From Octopus sinensis (lineage: Eukaryota), in contig NC_043003.1 in assembly GCF_006345805.1 (NCBI RefSeq), positions 17,670,001-17,734,000 of the forward strand: 64,000 nucleotides of DNA, written 5' to 3'. Under the pieces are notes generated by a model. The model did no database searches and was not told where the DNA came from. It was given only the letters and a program-made list of their open reading frames with translations. The stretch's first letter is position 1. Each line of letters starts with the position of its first letter. Position numbers and translations under genes: made by a program. Shown piece by piece: positions 11,467-24,089 of this stretch.

Positions 11467-11757
11467 AATTGCAGCGTGGAAGGTGTTTGTAAGCCATTTA
11501 AGAAACACACAAAAGCCGTTCGATTCACTTCAACATTTAAGTTTAATTTGTTGCAGCACGGATTTTTGTCAGTGAACAGGTCGCAGATTTTAGCACCGAA
11601 AATATTTTGACAAATTAAACTTAAATGTTGAAGTGAATCGAACGGCTTTTGTGTGTTTCTTAAATGGCTTACAAACACCTTCCACGCTGCAATTGTTTTC
11701 GTTCCAGCACACGATCTCAGATCAAATCACTTGCTATGCAAATACATCTCCGTAAAT
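11467..11757. mobile_element. PLE pseudo-LTR-like repeat with perfect 85-bp inverted arms
   Basis: 11467-11551 is the exact reverse complement of 11610-11694; (TA)n on both flanks. Confidence 0.75.
11565..11614 (+). ncRNA. Minimal type-I hammerhead motif with G3-C8 core swap
   Basis: uuuguca GUGAACA ggu(c)gc agauuuua gcacc GAA AAUAUU U^ugacaaa: 7-bp stem I, stem II, palindromic AAUAUU stem III. Confidence 0.6.
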
Positions 11758-12424
11758 ATATATATATATATGTAATATAATCTTGATACAATTTATGAGA
11801 AAAAATAATTCACGAAAAATTAATTTGTGAAGTTGTCATTAATTCTATTATTATCCAATATAATGATTTTAAATATATATATATATAATTCTATTATTAT
11901 CCAATATAATGATTTTAAATACATATAAATATATATGTATATATATATATATAATATATATATATTATCACTATTCATAATCTTACATGGCATGAAGTAA
12001 CCTATAAAACAACGCTTTATCCACATATCAATGAGACTCCACAAGATTTTTATATGAATAACCTAGATTAACATTTAAACATAGTAGCATTCGAGTCTGA
12101 GAACTCTTCATCGTTTTAAACAGCTTTTTTCATTTTCTTGTCATTAAACTTTCCATTACTAGCAAAAAATTCTCATAAAATTTGTGATTTGGAGCAAATG
12201 AGTGAAAAAGACGGTAATAAGTAGGATAGAGTACCTTCTTTAATGGTATTATTGCATTTCTCTCTGTGTATGGATCAGATAAGAAAAAAGCACCTGATAA
12301 TCTACAGCTAACGACTTAGAATTTCTGTTTGGGATGATTCCATTTTCGTTAGGTTCATATGATATAGGTTCAGGTATACAACCACACAGTTTAGGGTTCT
12401 GTTCCACTGTGCAGCTCTTGGGTT

Positions 12425-12612
12425 GTCTTTTATTGTAGCACCCACTACACTCTCGGAGTGGTTGGCGTTAGGAAGTTGTATCAAGCTGTAGAAACTCTGC
12501 CAGTTCAAGATTGGAGCCTGGTGCAGCCATCTGACTTGCCAGTCCTCAGTCAAGCTGTCCAACCCATGCCAGCATGGAAAGCAGACGTTAAACGATGATG
12601 ATGATGATGATA
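12425..12612 (+). mobile_element. RTE 3' end with (GAT)n tail
   Basis: cactacactctcggagtggttggcgttaggaag...gcagacgttaaacgatgatg. Confidence 0.85.
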
Positions 12613-13169
12613 TATATATATACATAACGGGCTTCTTTCAGTTTCTGTCTATCAATTCCACCCACAAGGCTTTGACCAGCCTGAGGCTATAGTAGAAGAT
12701 ACTTGCTCAAGGTGCCACACAGTGAGATTGAACCAGGAACCATGTGGTTGGTAAGCAAGTTTCTTACCACACAGTACGCCTGCACCTATATAGTTTTGTA
12801 TGTTATTATTATTATTTTTTGCTTTGTTTTAAGCCTGGCACTTACTCTATCAGTCTCTTTTGCTGAACTGTTACGTTACAGGGATGAGTCGGTTTCTTCA
12901 TGTGTAAGTATATATGTATATGTGTGTCTGTGTGATTGTTTTTGTCCTCCACTATTGCTTGACAACTGGTGTTGGTTTGTTTACATCCCTGTAATCTAGC
13001 AGTTCAGCAAAAGAGACTGATAGAGTAAGTACCAGGCTTAAAACAAAGCAAAAAAAAAAAATTATATGTACTGTGGTTGATTTGCGTGACCAAAATGCCC
13101 ACTGCCCAGGCAGTGCTCCAGCATGGTCATGGTCCAATGACTGAAACTAGTAAAAAATAATAGCTATAA

Positions 13170-14104
13170 GGCGTAGGTGTGGTAAGTAGCTTTCTTATGA
13201 GCCACACGGTTTCGGGTTAAGTCCCACTGTGTGGTTCCTTGGGCAATTGTCTTCAACTATAGCCTCAGGCCAACCAAAGCTTTGTCAGTGGATTTGGTAG
13301 ACAGAAACTGAAAGAAGTCCGTCGTATATATGAATATATATATGTGTGTGTGTCTGTGTTTGTCCCCCCAGCATCACTTGACAACCGATGCTGGTGTATT
13401 TATGTCCCCGTAACTTAGCGGTTTGGTAAAAGAATAAATACTAGGCTTACAAAGAATAAGTCCTGGGGTCGATTTGCTCGACTAAAGGTGGTGCTCCAGC
13501 ATGGCCACAGTCAAATGACTGAAACTAGTAAAAGAAAGAAAAGAAAGAAAGACTTAGGAAAGGCCTGAACATTACAACTCCCCCCTTATCTGTCCCTTTA
13601 TACCCTAAAAGTACATTCCTGTTGCAAATTTGGAAATGGCTGATAAGTAGCAGACAAATAAAGAGAGTTGATGAGAGAGGAAAAGAGAAAGAAAAAGAGA
13701 GAGAGGGAGAGAAAGGGGAGGGAGAAAAGAGAATGTATGTAATAGGTTGAATTTCCCTTTTGTAAGTTGTGTGAAAACTGTGTACTCAGAGATGTTCTAT
13801 TAACCTAATTACTATTATTTATTAATCAAATATATAAGCATGTCTTTTTCCTTTAAAAAAAATTAAAAAGATATTGCGAATGGATTTGTTAGACTGGAAA
13901 CTGTAAGACGCCTGTTATAAATATGTGTGTAAATAATAAGCGTATGAGTGGCTGTGTGGTAAGTAGCTTGCTTACCAACCACATGGTTCCAGGTTCAGTC
14001 CCACTGTGTGGCACCTTGGGCTAGTGTCTTGTACTATAGCCTGGGGCCGACCAAAGCCTTTTGTGTGAATTTGGTAGATGGAAACTGAAAGAAGCCCGTC
14101 GTAT

Positions 14105-14135
<31 letters not shown>

Positions 14136-14380
14136 CATGTATATATATATATGTATGTATGTGTGTGTAAGTTTGTGTGTCTGTGTTTGTCCCCCCCAAC
14201 ATTGCTTGACAACCGATGCTGGTGTGTTTACATCCCCGTAACTTAGCAGTTCGGCAAAAGAGACCGATAGAATAAGTGCTAGGCTTACAAATAATAAGTC
14301 CTGGGGCCGATTGGCTTGATGAAAGGTGGTGCTGTAGCATGGTCACAGTCAAATGACTGAAACAAGTAAAAGAGTAAAGA
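13170..14380 (+). mobile_element. Two SINE S2 copies (13170-13535 and 13945-14380)
   Basis: Family sequence match by eye. Confidence 0.88.
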
Positions 14381-14387
14381 GTATATA

Positions 14388-14790
14388 AAGCGGTGACCTG
14401 GCAGAATCGTTAGCACACTGGACGAAATGCTTAGCGGTATTTTGTCTGCCACTACATTCTGAGTTCAAATTCCACCAAGGTCGACTTTGCCTTTCATCCT
14501 TTTGGGGTCAATTAAATAAGTACCAGTTACGCACTGGGGTCAATATAATCGACTTAATCCATTTGTCTGTCCTTGTTTGTCCTCTCTGTGTTTAGTCCCT
14601 TGTGGGTAGGAAAGAAATAAGTATTTCGTCTGTCTCTATGTTCTGAGTTCAAATTCCGCCGAGGTTAACTTTGCTGTTCATTCGTTCTGGGTCGATAAAT
14701 TAGGTACCAGTTGCATACTGAGGTCGATCTAATCAACTGGGCCCCCTGCTCCAAAATTTTGGGCCTTGTGCCTCAAGAAGAAAAGAATTG
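14388..14790 (+). mobile_element. Tandem SINE S1a plus 5'-truncated S1b
   Basis: Two GAGTTCAAATTCC B-boxes followed by the two different S1 tails. Confidence 0.8.
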
Positions 14791-15394
14791 TTAGCACGCA
14801 GCCCGAAATGCTTAGTGGTATTTCACTCATCACTACAATATTAACACATGTTATAAGAACATAAACCTTCTTCCACGAAAAGATAGCTTAAACTGTGCTC
14901 AAAATGGAGGTGTAGTCAAATCCTATTTCATGGACTCAACCATGTTCTAAAATAAGTTGAAAGGTAAGCTACTATAAATCGGCATGAACTTTCCGGACAA
15001 CCCAATATATTCCAGGCATCTGTTTAATAAACCTTTCTATTATAGATCAAGGCCTGAAATTTTGGTGGGAGGGTGCTTGTTGATTACATTGGGCCCGGTG
15101 CTTAACTGGTTTGTTATTTTACAGACCCTAAATGGATGAAAGGCAAAGCCAGCCTCAGCAGAATTTGAACTGAGAGCATTAAAACAGACAAAATGCCACA
15201 AAACATTTTAGTCCATTATGCTAATAGTTCTGCTACCAACAATGTTATTTTACTAAATTCCTCATTATTTATTAAATTAACTGAAGCAAAAACTGTGTGT
15301 TTCAACAGAAGGAATAAAGTAACAAAAGAGTTATTCAGTCGAATAGATAAGTGGAGGTTTTCAGTAACTATAACAACAGAGTGATTGTGGAGAT

Positions 15395-15945
15395 GAATAA
15401 GTTCAGGGAACTGGTAACAAAAGGATTCTTTGTTTCTCCAAAGGGCACAGTGTATGGTGTTTGTTTATGAAGTGAAATATTATATAGTTGTGAGACTAAC
15501 AGTGGAGGGAACCTGTGGATGAGGTAGACCCAGGAAGACCTGGGATGAGGCAGTGAAGCATGACCTTCGAATGTTGGGCCTCACAGAGGCAATGACAAAC
15601 GACAAAGACCTATGGAGAGATGCTGTGCTTGAGAAGACCCAGGAAACCAAGTGGGATCATAGCTGTGGCTGATGCCAGTGTTGCATAACCGGCCCATTTA
15701 AAAGTGCCCTTCAATCATTAGGCAATGAACTGTACTTGAGAAGACCTGTTGAGTCAAGTGAGATCGCTGTCATCACCAATGCCAGTGCTGCCTAACTGGC
15801 ACCCATGCTGGTGGCACATAAAAAGCACCATTTGAGTGTGGCTGATGCCAATGCCATTAGACTGGCTTCTGTGATGGTGGCATGTAAAAAGCATCCACTA
15901 CACTCTCGAGGTGGTTGGTGTTAGGAAGAAACATTGCCATGTGGA
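15395..15945 (+). mobile_element. Internally deleted RTE LINE 3' fragment
   Basis: VEGTCG*GRPRKTWDEAVKHDLRMLGLTEAMTNDKDLWRDAVLEKT plus 3'UTR, same family as 32161-33842. Confidence 0.85.
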
Positions 15946-16519
15946 AAGCTGGCAGAAACGTTAGCAAAGGCAGCAAGCTAGCAGAAACATTAGCATGCCA
16001 GGTGAAATGCTTAGCGGTATTTCATCTGTCGCTATGTTCTGAGTTCAAATTTCGCCAAGGTCGACTTTGCCTTTCATCCTTTCGGGGTCGATTAAATAAG
16101 TACCATTGGGTTGATATAATAGACTTAATCTGTTTGTCTGTCCTTGTTTGTCCTCTCTGTGTGTAGCCCCTTGTGGGCAGTAAAAAAATAAAAAACATTG
16201 CCAGATCAGATTGGAGCCTTGTGTGGCCTCCTGGCTTGCCACTCCTCAGTCAAACCGTCCAACCAATGCCAGCATGGAAAGTGGACGTTAAACAGTGATG
16301 ATGATGATGATGATGATGATAGTGATGCTGCTGTTGTTGTTGTTGTTGTTAAGCTATAAGATGGGTAAGGGTGATTAGGTGATGGTCTAGCGCTTAGGGG
16401 CAGGTGACCCCAGACCTTGGAAAAAGAAAAACTTTGGTCGTCTTGCTGTAGTCAAGGGCTCTTCGTTGATGCCTGACACCACTGAGAGGTGGCCCTCGAA
16501 GTCGCTGGAAATGGAGATC

Positions 16520-16890
16520 TGATGATGATGATGAGACATGGTTACTAATGCAGAGGACGTGTAAATGCTGGAAGGATATGAGGCAAGCATGGTTCACAAG
16601 ATGTGTAGTGTTAGTGTGATTGAACAACAGAGAATGAAAAAACACTGAGTGAAATGTTGGGTAAAAGAGAAATCTGATGTAGTGCGCAAGAGCAGAAATT
16701 GTGTTGGTAGAGACAGGCAAGCAATGCATATGGAGGATGACATTTAGAGAGAGAAATGCCAAGTGCTTCAAGTGGAAGGAACATGTAGAAGAGGATGCAT
16801 GAGGAAGTGGTGAATGCTGATTATCAAGAGTCTGAATCCTCGTTAATGAGATGGCAGAGGACTGTGACAAGTGACAAAGTGCTGTTCTAG
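16520..16890 (+). mobile_element. Old RTE ORF2 C-terminal fragment
   Basis: Frameshifted ETWLL...EASMVHKMCSVSV...VEGTCRRG, paralleling the 32.7-33.0 kb copy. Confidence 0.6.
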
Positions 16891-16950
16891 TGAAGACCTG
16901 ACCAATAAATTCAAGTATTACGCAAAAAAATAATAATTCATCGATGTAGC

Positions 16951-17700
16951 ATGGTGGTGGTGGTGATGGTGGTGGTTGTGGTGGTGGTGGTTGTGATGGT
17001 GGTGGTGGTGGTGGTTGTGATGGTGGTGGTTGTGATGGTGGTGGTGGTGGTGGTGGTGGTGGTTGTGGTGGTGGTGGTTGTGATGGTGGTGGTGGTGTGG
17101 TGGTGGTGGTGGTTGTGGTGGTGGTGGTTGTGATGGTGGTGGTGGTGGTGGTGGTGGTGGTTGTGGTGGTGGTGGTTGTGGTTGTGGTGGTGGTGTGGTG
17201 GTTGTGGTGGTGGTGGTTGTGATGGTGGTGGTGGTGGTGGTGGTGGTGTTGTGGTGGTGGTTGTGGTGGTGGTGGTTGTGATGGTTGTGGTAGTGGTGGT
17301 TTCTGGTAGTGGTGGTGGCGGCGGCGGTAACAGTAGAGGTGATGATGCTGAAGACGACTGCAACAATGATGACAATGACGAAGACAACGATAACGATGAT
17401 AATGATCTCAGAGATGATGATGACAGCAATGATAATGATGTTGCTGATGATGACAACAATGATGGTGATGATGATGATGATGTTGACGACAATGACAACG
17501 ACAATGATGATGATGATGATGGTGATGATGGTGATTCTGATGATGATAATGATGGTGGTGGTGGTGGTGGTGGTGGTGATGATGATAATGATGATGCTGA
17601 TGATGATGGTGATGATGGTGGTGGTTATGATGATGATGATGATGATGATGACAGTGACAACGACAGTGATGATGATAATAATGATGATGACAAGTCTGAT
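16951..17700. repeat. 750-bp compound (GGT/GTT)n then (GAT/GAC)n microsatellite
   Basis: Directly visible. Confidence 0.97.
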
Positions 17701-18033
17701 GACAAAGTGTAAGACAAAGTATAAATTTTTAAACATCGCAAAGTAGGATAAAGATATTAATTAATCACAGACTGTCATTCATCTTTGCTGTACCAATTAA
17801 TACACGGCTGATTAGCATAACAATATAAGATGATTACCAATTACAGACTCTCTAAAATGTTTCGACCACTTATGATTATTCCTTTAGTATTTTTTTTATT
17901 TAATGAAGAGAAATTTGATTAATAAGATGAAAGCACCTTGGGCATGTGTCTTCTACTGTAACCCTAGGCTGATTAAAACCGTGTGAGTGGATTTGATAGA
18001 TGGAGACTAAAAGAAGTCCATTGTATAAATGTA

Positions 18034-18073
<40 letters not shown>

Positions 18074-18095
18074 CATCTATCTATCTATCTGTCTA

Positions 18096-18162
<67 letters not shown>

Positions 18163-18179
18163 ATCTATCTATCTATCTA

Positions 18180-18230
<51 letters not shown>

Positions 18231-18754
18231 ATTAATAAAATGAATGGTTCACACCTGGTAGCTTACTGGTAAAGCACGGCCACTTTCACAGTGATTGTTA
18301 CAAATTCTTGTATATTCCATCTTCCGTCTTTCATTTGCCATATATATACGTGCATTTTTTAGGCCTGCAATCACCTATATTATTGATTCTGCTATTATCA
18401 TTTTTAATTGTTATACTTGATAATAAAAGAGTCAATAATATCTTTGTAAATATTTTCTCCTGAATTATTTGCTCTAGCCACGAAACACATGTAGTTATTC
18501 TACCAAATATATACGTTTTATTTATTAGTTTGCACCTTACATAATCATTGGTCTATGTTTTATCTTATATTTAATCTTTCTATAAGATGTAATTTTTCTA
18601 AATGGTATAATTTAAGTTTTTCATTATTGAATTGATAAAAGGTGTTGTTTTTTTTTCTAATTTATATATATATATATATATAAATTATATTTTGTAAAAT
18701 TTGATTTATTATTTCTAAATTGAATTTTTCCCAGTAAGTTTGGAATAATATTCC

Positions 18755-18800
<46 letters not shown>

Positions 18801-18922
18801 CACACATATATATCTGAGTTTGTATGATTGCATATGAAAGAATATATTAATCAATGAAATTCCAAATTAATCTGATTTTCACATTTTATTACTTACAATT
18901 TTTACAATTTTACAATATTGAA

Positions 18923-18964
18923 ATAAACTAATACTTTCATGCATTACACAATCTTCAGGTTCAT
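18923..18964 (-). ncRNA. Minimal hammerhead motif (left arm)
   Basis: augaac CUGAAGA uuguguaaugcau GAA AGUAUU A^guuuau. Confidence 0.55.
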
Positions 18965-19150
18965 TTGGTGACAGCCACATACTGACTGGTCAAAAGACAG
19001 TTTGAACCAAACTGTGACATCTAAGCCACATACAGCTTGGTCAAAATATAGTTCATAAGATCCAGCCTGCTGGAGCCCATCAGAGGGTGTTTAAAGGATA
19101 ATCTGACCATTTCACTACGGTTGTCAATTGTGGAACATGACTGTCACTAC

Positions 19151-19192
19151 ATAAACCTGACGAGTGCAAAACACATGAAAGTACTAGTTTAT
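19151..19192 (+). ncRNA. Minimal hammerhead motif (right arm)
   Basis: auaaac CUGACGA gug caaaa cac au GAA AGUACU A^guuuau: canonical core, 6-bp stem I, palindromic AGUACU; 2 extra nt before G12. Confidence 0.7.
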
Positions 19193-19379
19193 TTCAATAT
19201 TGTAAAACTGTGAAAATTGTAAATAATAAAACATGAAAATCAGACTAAGTTGGAATTTCCTTGATTAACCTGGCCAAAACAGACACAGTGACCTGGAATA
19301 GTCTTCTACCTGACCAGCTCTTGTCAGCCATCCTACCGATGCATGCATGGAAGACAGACATTAACGATGATGATGATGA

Positions 19380-19730
19380 TATATGTATGTATGTATGTGT
19401 GTATATGTGTATGTATGTATGTATGTGTGTATATGTGTATGTATGTATGTATGTATGTGTTTATGTATGTATGTATGTATGTGTGTATGTATATATGTAT
19501 GTGTGTATGTATGTATGTATGTATGTGTGTATGTATGTATGTATGTGTGTATGTATGTATGTGTGTATGTATGTATGTGTGTATGTATGTGTGTATGTAT
19601 GTATGTATGTATGTGTGTATGTATGTATGTATGTCTGTATGTATGTATGTATGTGTGTATGTGTGTATGTATGTATGTGTGTATGTATGTATGTATGTAT
19701 GTGTGTATGTATGTATTATGTGTCTTTGTG

Positions 19731-19756
<26 letters not shown>
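19380..19756. repeat. (GTAT/GT)n tract fused to the 3' half of a SINE S2 (19760-19965)
   Basis: Directly visible. Confidence 0.95.
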
Positions 19757-19764
<8 letters not shown>

Positions 19765-20461
19765 TCTTTGTGTTTGCCTTGATACTGATGGACAACTGAC
19801 ATCAGTTTGCTTGCATTCCTGTAACTTAGTGGGTTGGTAAAAAGAGAATGATCAAATAAGTACCAGACTTGGATAATCAAGTACTGGGCTCAGTTTGTTT
19901 GACTAAACTCATTAATGAGATGCCCCAGCATGGCCACTATCCAATGACTGAAACAATTGAAAGATATAACATGCACTTTTAATTTAAAAAAAACATCTCA
20001 AAAATAAGTCACCTCAGGTCTTTTATGTGAAGTTAGGCCTCCTTCCATAAGCTTTAATGCTCTTAAACAATTTGTTGTATAGGGAATCTGTACACCCTGC
20101 CATGATTGGCTAAGTGAACTATACTCGTTAGTATAAATGAGCATGCGCAGAAGTCTGAGAGGAGTGTCAAAGCGACAGGAAAAAAGAAAAGAAAAAGGAA
20201 AAGGAGGAAAAAAAAAGAAAAAAGAAAAAAGAAAGAGTAAGTGTTTTATGTTATACTCTTTTACTTGTTTCAGTCATTTGACAGCGGCCATGCTGGAGCA
20301 CTGCCTTTAGTCGAGCAAATCGACCCTGGGACTTATTCTTTGTAAGCCCAGTACTTATTCTATCGGTCTCTTTTGCCAAACCGCTAAGTGATGGTGACGT
20401 AAACACACCAGCATCGGTTGTCAAGCAATGCTAGGGAGACAAACACAGACACACAAACATG

Positions 20462-20501
<40 letters not shown>

Positions 20502-22317
20502 TACGACAGGCTTCTTTCAGTTTCCGTCTACCAAATCCACTCACAAGGCATTGGTCGGCCCAATATCGGAAAATAGAAGAACAATTTTAGAGAACATATA
20601 ACGGTTCAAATAATTGTAATGGTAGACGATAATTAATTGCTAGTAAAAATATGATAAAAACGGACAGTTAAAAAAGATTAATGGTAATGCATGTGATGAG
20701 GGGCGCATGCAGCCATTCATAACCCCATTATTGTATAATCATCTCATCATATTCGTTCTATGTATTGTCTCCTCTGTAGTGTCCTGTCTGGCCTTGTTTG
20801 TCCCCCTCTATGTTTGGGCCCTTATGGCTAATAAAGAAACCGAGTGTCATGTGTGCAGTCATAGCGTACAGGCTGTAGGAATTATTGAATAGTGATATCG
20901 TGGAGAGCTTGTTGAAGTTACACAGCTAGAGAATAAAAAGACAACATCAGGGACATTTGATATTATAACAGTTCAGATATGAAAGTGATGACGGGAAGTC
21001 GTACATCATATCCCAATTGTTTTCCCTGGATGTGCACTGCTAAAATTAGGGTTTGTCTCATATGCCCCTGCGTCTTTCATGCCATTAAGTACAGTAATTA
21101 AGCAACCAAAAACAAGCTTCAGCTTGCTTTATTCCTTAATGTAGTCTTTTGTTGTCGATCTAGTTCAAAAAGTTTTAGTTCTTTAAAGAAAACATGGTTA
21201 TATCTGCACTTAATAATATTTTTTTTTTTTAAGAAACAAAAGAAAACACAATCTATATTTGTTTGAAATAATGGCTGGAGCATGATTTAAAGAACTGATG
21301 GATTATGTCTAGAATACAATAATGATTGCAGTCTTTGATGTTTCCTGCTGTCAGTTGGCAGACAGCAGCTGATTTACTATTATATCCGTATTATTGCTAC
21401 ATTGAATAGAGCAGTAATATGATACGTATTAATGTTTGGCCTCTTTTACCAGCTCTTTATGCCTGGAGATATTCATCTCTGATTCAGATATTGCATATCA
21501 AACTAATATTAAATATTATTTATTTATAATGCTAAATGTCACGATATTAAATGTTAACTGATATCTTTGCTATGGTTTAACTCCAGTTGAGCTCTGAAGA
21601 GCAGCCTTCTTCTAAAATGCTAAGGTGTGATTTGGGGCAAATTTGACTGTCATTTTCTTGACTCAGGTGATATTTATACCTGAGGTTAGAAATATCGGCC
21701 AAATTTCCATCATAAGAAGTGAGTCATAAGTCATTCATTCAGTCAGTTTAATTTCTTTTGTGATGATTCTAAACAAAATTAAGAGGAAATATTTCAGAAA
21801 CAAAAGACTCTTAGGTGTATGAGTTACCCCATATTTTTATTTTTATCCATGTGCAGTCATGGCCATGTGGTTAAGGAAGCTAGCTTTGCGGCCACGTGTT
21901 CTCATGTTCAGTCCCACTGGACAGCATCTTGGGTTAGTGTCTTCTAAAGTCCTGGACTGACCAATGCCTTGAGAGAGAATTTGGTAGAAGAGAATGTGGG
22001 GATGCCAATCATGTTTGTGTGTGTGCGTGTGTGTTTGACCCACCACTGCTTAGTGATCAAGGTCTGTTTATACTCCCATAACTTAGTGGTTTGATAAATG
22101 AGACTGGTAGAATAAATACCAGACTTAAAAACATACACACATATATAAAACATACCTTTACACAAACATATATGCATGCATACATACATAGATATGTACA
22201 TACTTATTCATATTCATACATGCATACATACATGCATACATGTATACTCTCTTTTACTCTTTTTCTTGTTTCAGTCATTTGACTGTGGCCATGCTGGATC
22301 ACCACCTTTAGTCGAGC

Positions 22318-22775
22318 AAATTGACCCTTCGTTATCGAATATGGCCATTGCACGAAGCTTAACTATTATTGGTGCTTGTGGTAGAATGTAACTTTTTAGC
22401 CCAGCTAAAGATCTACAATGTCTTGTACAGAATTGGCAGCTAAAACCTTTACCGGCAATAGCCGGCTATAGTTGTAACTGGGCTTCATGTACCTCTGCAT
22501 GTCGTTTAAGTCCTCCTGCCGAATTACACTCTCTTCCACATGCCTGGCAGATATGATTAGTATGGTGTGTTACACCACCACCAGTGGCCAGGTTGTCACT
22601 CATCTGTCTCACTTTATGACTACAAAGATGACTCTTGAGTCCAGCTTTACATGCATACATGCATACATACATACATACATACATACGTACGTATGTACGT
22701 ACGTACGTACATACATACATACATACATACATACATACATACATACATACATACATACATACATACATACATACA

Positions 22776-22809
<34 letters not shown>

Positions 22810-23232
22810 CAAACGAAAATATCCTGTTGATGTTGAAATTCCAATGAAGCAGCCTTGAATTAGGTTAGAAATCAACTCTTTCTCTATTGGCAAGAAATCT
22901 CGTAATAAAACTGAACAAGGACATACATATATACACACATCTCTCTCTCCCTTTGCTGCTTTCTCGTATGCAAGCAAAGCCATTGCTAGAAATAACCACT
23001 GAAATGAGGCATTGTTGATGCAATGTGAAGGCCTTGCATGACTCTAGAGTTCGGTGAAAGCATTGCACATTCTGTTGCATAATGCACAGCTGTTGCTGGC
23101 TGGCAGAAGAAGCAGGTGCCACAGTATGAACTCTTTTGACATGGATTTTCAATCCTCCAACTGAGAAGCACACCTTTCCATATGTTGCACAGGTTTTGCT
23201 GTGAACAATAGCCATATCACAGTTTACCATGG
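22318..23232 (-). mobile_element. RTE-BovB-like LINE 3' end encoding five decayed C2H2 fingers, interrupted by (TACA)n
   Basis: CATYGKVCFSVGGLKIHVKRVH; CALCNRMCNAFTEL*SH; FAC..KAGLKSHLCSH; CQACGRECNSAGGLKRHAEVH; CQFCTRHCRSLAGLKSY; no HTGEKP linkers; ends gccatattcgataacgaaggg. Confidence 0.65.
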
Positions 23233-23341
23233 GTCGATAGATGCATACACACACATGCACGCACACGCACATACACATACACACATACATGCATACATAC
23301 AAACATACACAAACACACACATGCACACATACATACATACA

Positions 23342-23680
23342 TTTAGACCCCCTTCGGTCATGACTGACTGTGGGATTGCACATAGAAAGTCACCCTGTCA
23401 GGCACAAGTCTGGGCAAGGTTGTTTACGGAAGACCAACAATCATCCATGCATACCAGCCTCTCCTCTCCACACCACCAGTGTTATCCAAGGGAAAAGCAA
23501 AGGCTGATACAGCTTGGCACCCGTGACATCGCAACTCATTTCTACAGCTGAGTGAACTGGAGCAATGTGAAATAAAGTGTCTTGCTCAAGAATACAACAC
23601 ACAGCCTGGTCTGGGATTCGTACTCATAACCTCACGATTGTAATCTCAAGGCTCTAACCACTGAGCCATGCACCTTCACA
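23342..23680 (-). mobile_element. tRNA-headed SINE family S3a
   Basis: TGGCTCAGTGG A-box, B-box region, conserved tgttcttgagcaagacact...gctccagttcactcagctg core; same family as 39284-39618 and 57898-58222. Confidence 0.88.
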
Positions 23681-24089
23681 TACATACATACATACATACA
23701 TACATACACACATAGGCACACATACATACATATATATATGCATACATACACACACACATGCACACATACATAATACATACATACATACATACACACATAG
23801 GCACACATACATACATATATATGCATACATACACACACACATGCACACATACATATATACATACAATGGACTTTCAGGCAGTTTCCATCTACTAAATGCA
23901 TTCATCAGTAGTAAACACTTGCCCAATGTGGGACTGAACCTGGAACCGTGTGGTTGTAAAACTAGTTTCTTAAACACAGCCAAGCCAGAACACATGTATT
24001 TTTTATCTTACGAAATGTAAGAAAGTTTACAGTAGACTTGTTGCTTAAGTGAAAACTTCATATGTTTGTAAAATTAAAGTGGTTCTTTT

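Larger units (their letters stand above)
18847..19268. mobile_element. Fold-back element with about 118-bp diverged inverted arms, each carrying a hammerhead motif
   Basis: ttaatcaatgaaattccaa...ttggaatttccttgattaa; arms about 18847-18964 and 19151-19268. Confidence 0.75.

Noticed and set aside
16918-17746. Long low-complexity ORFs (also 2808-3311, 19261-19840, 29358-29876, 62225-62617)
   Set aside because: Open in several frames only because trinucleotide and tetranucleotide repeats lack stops.
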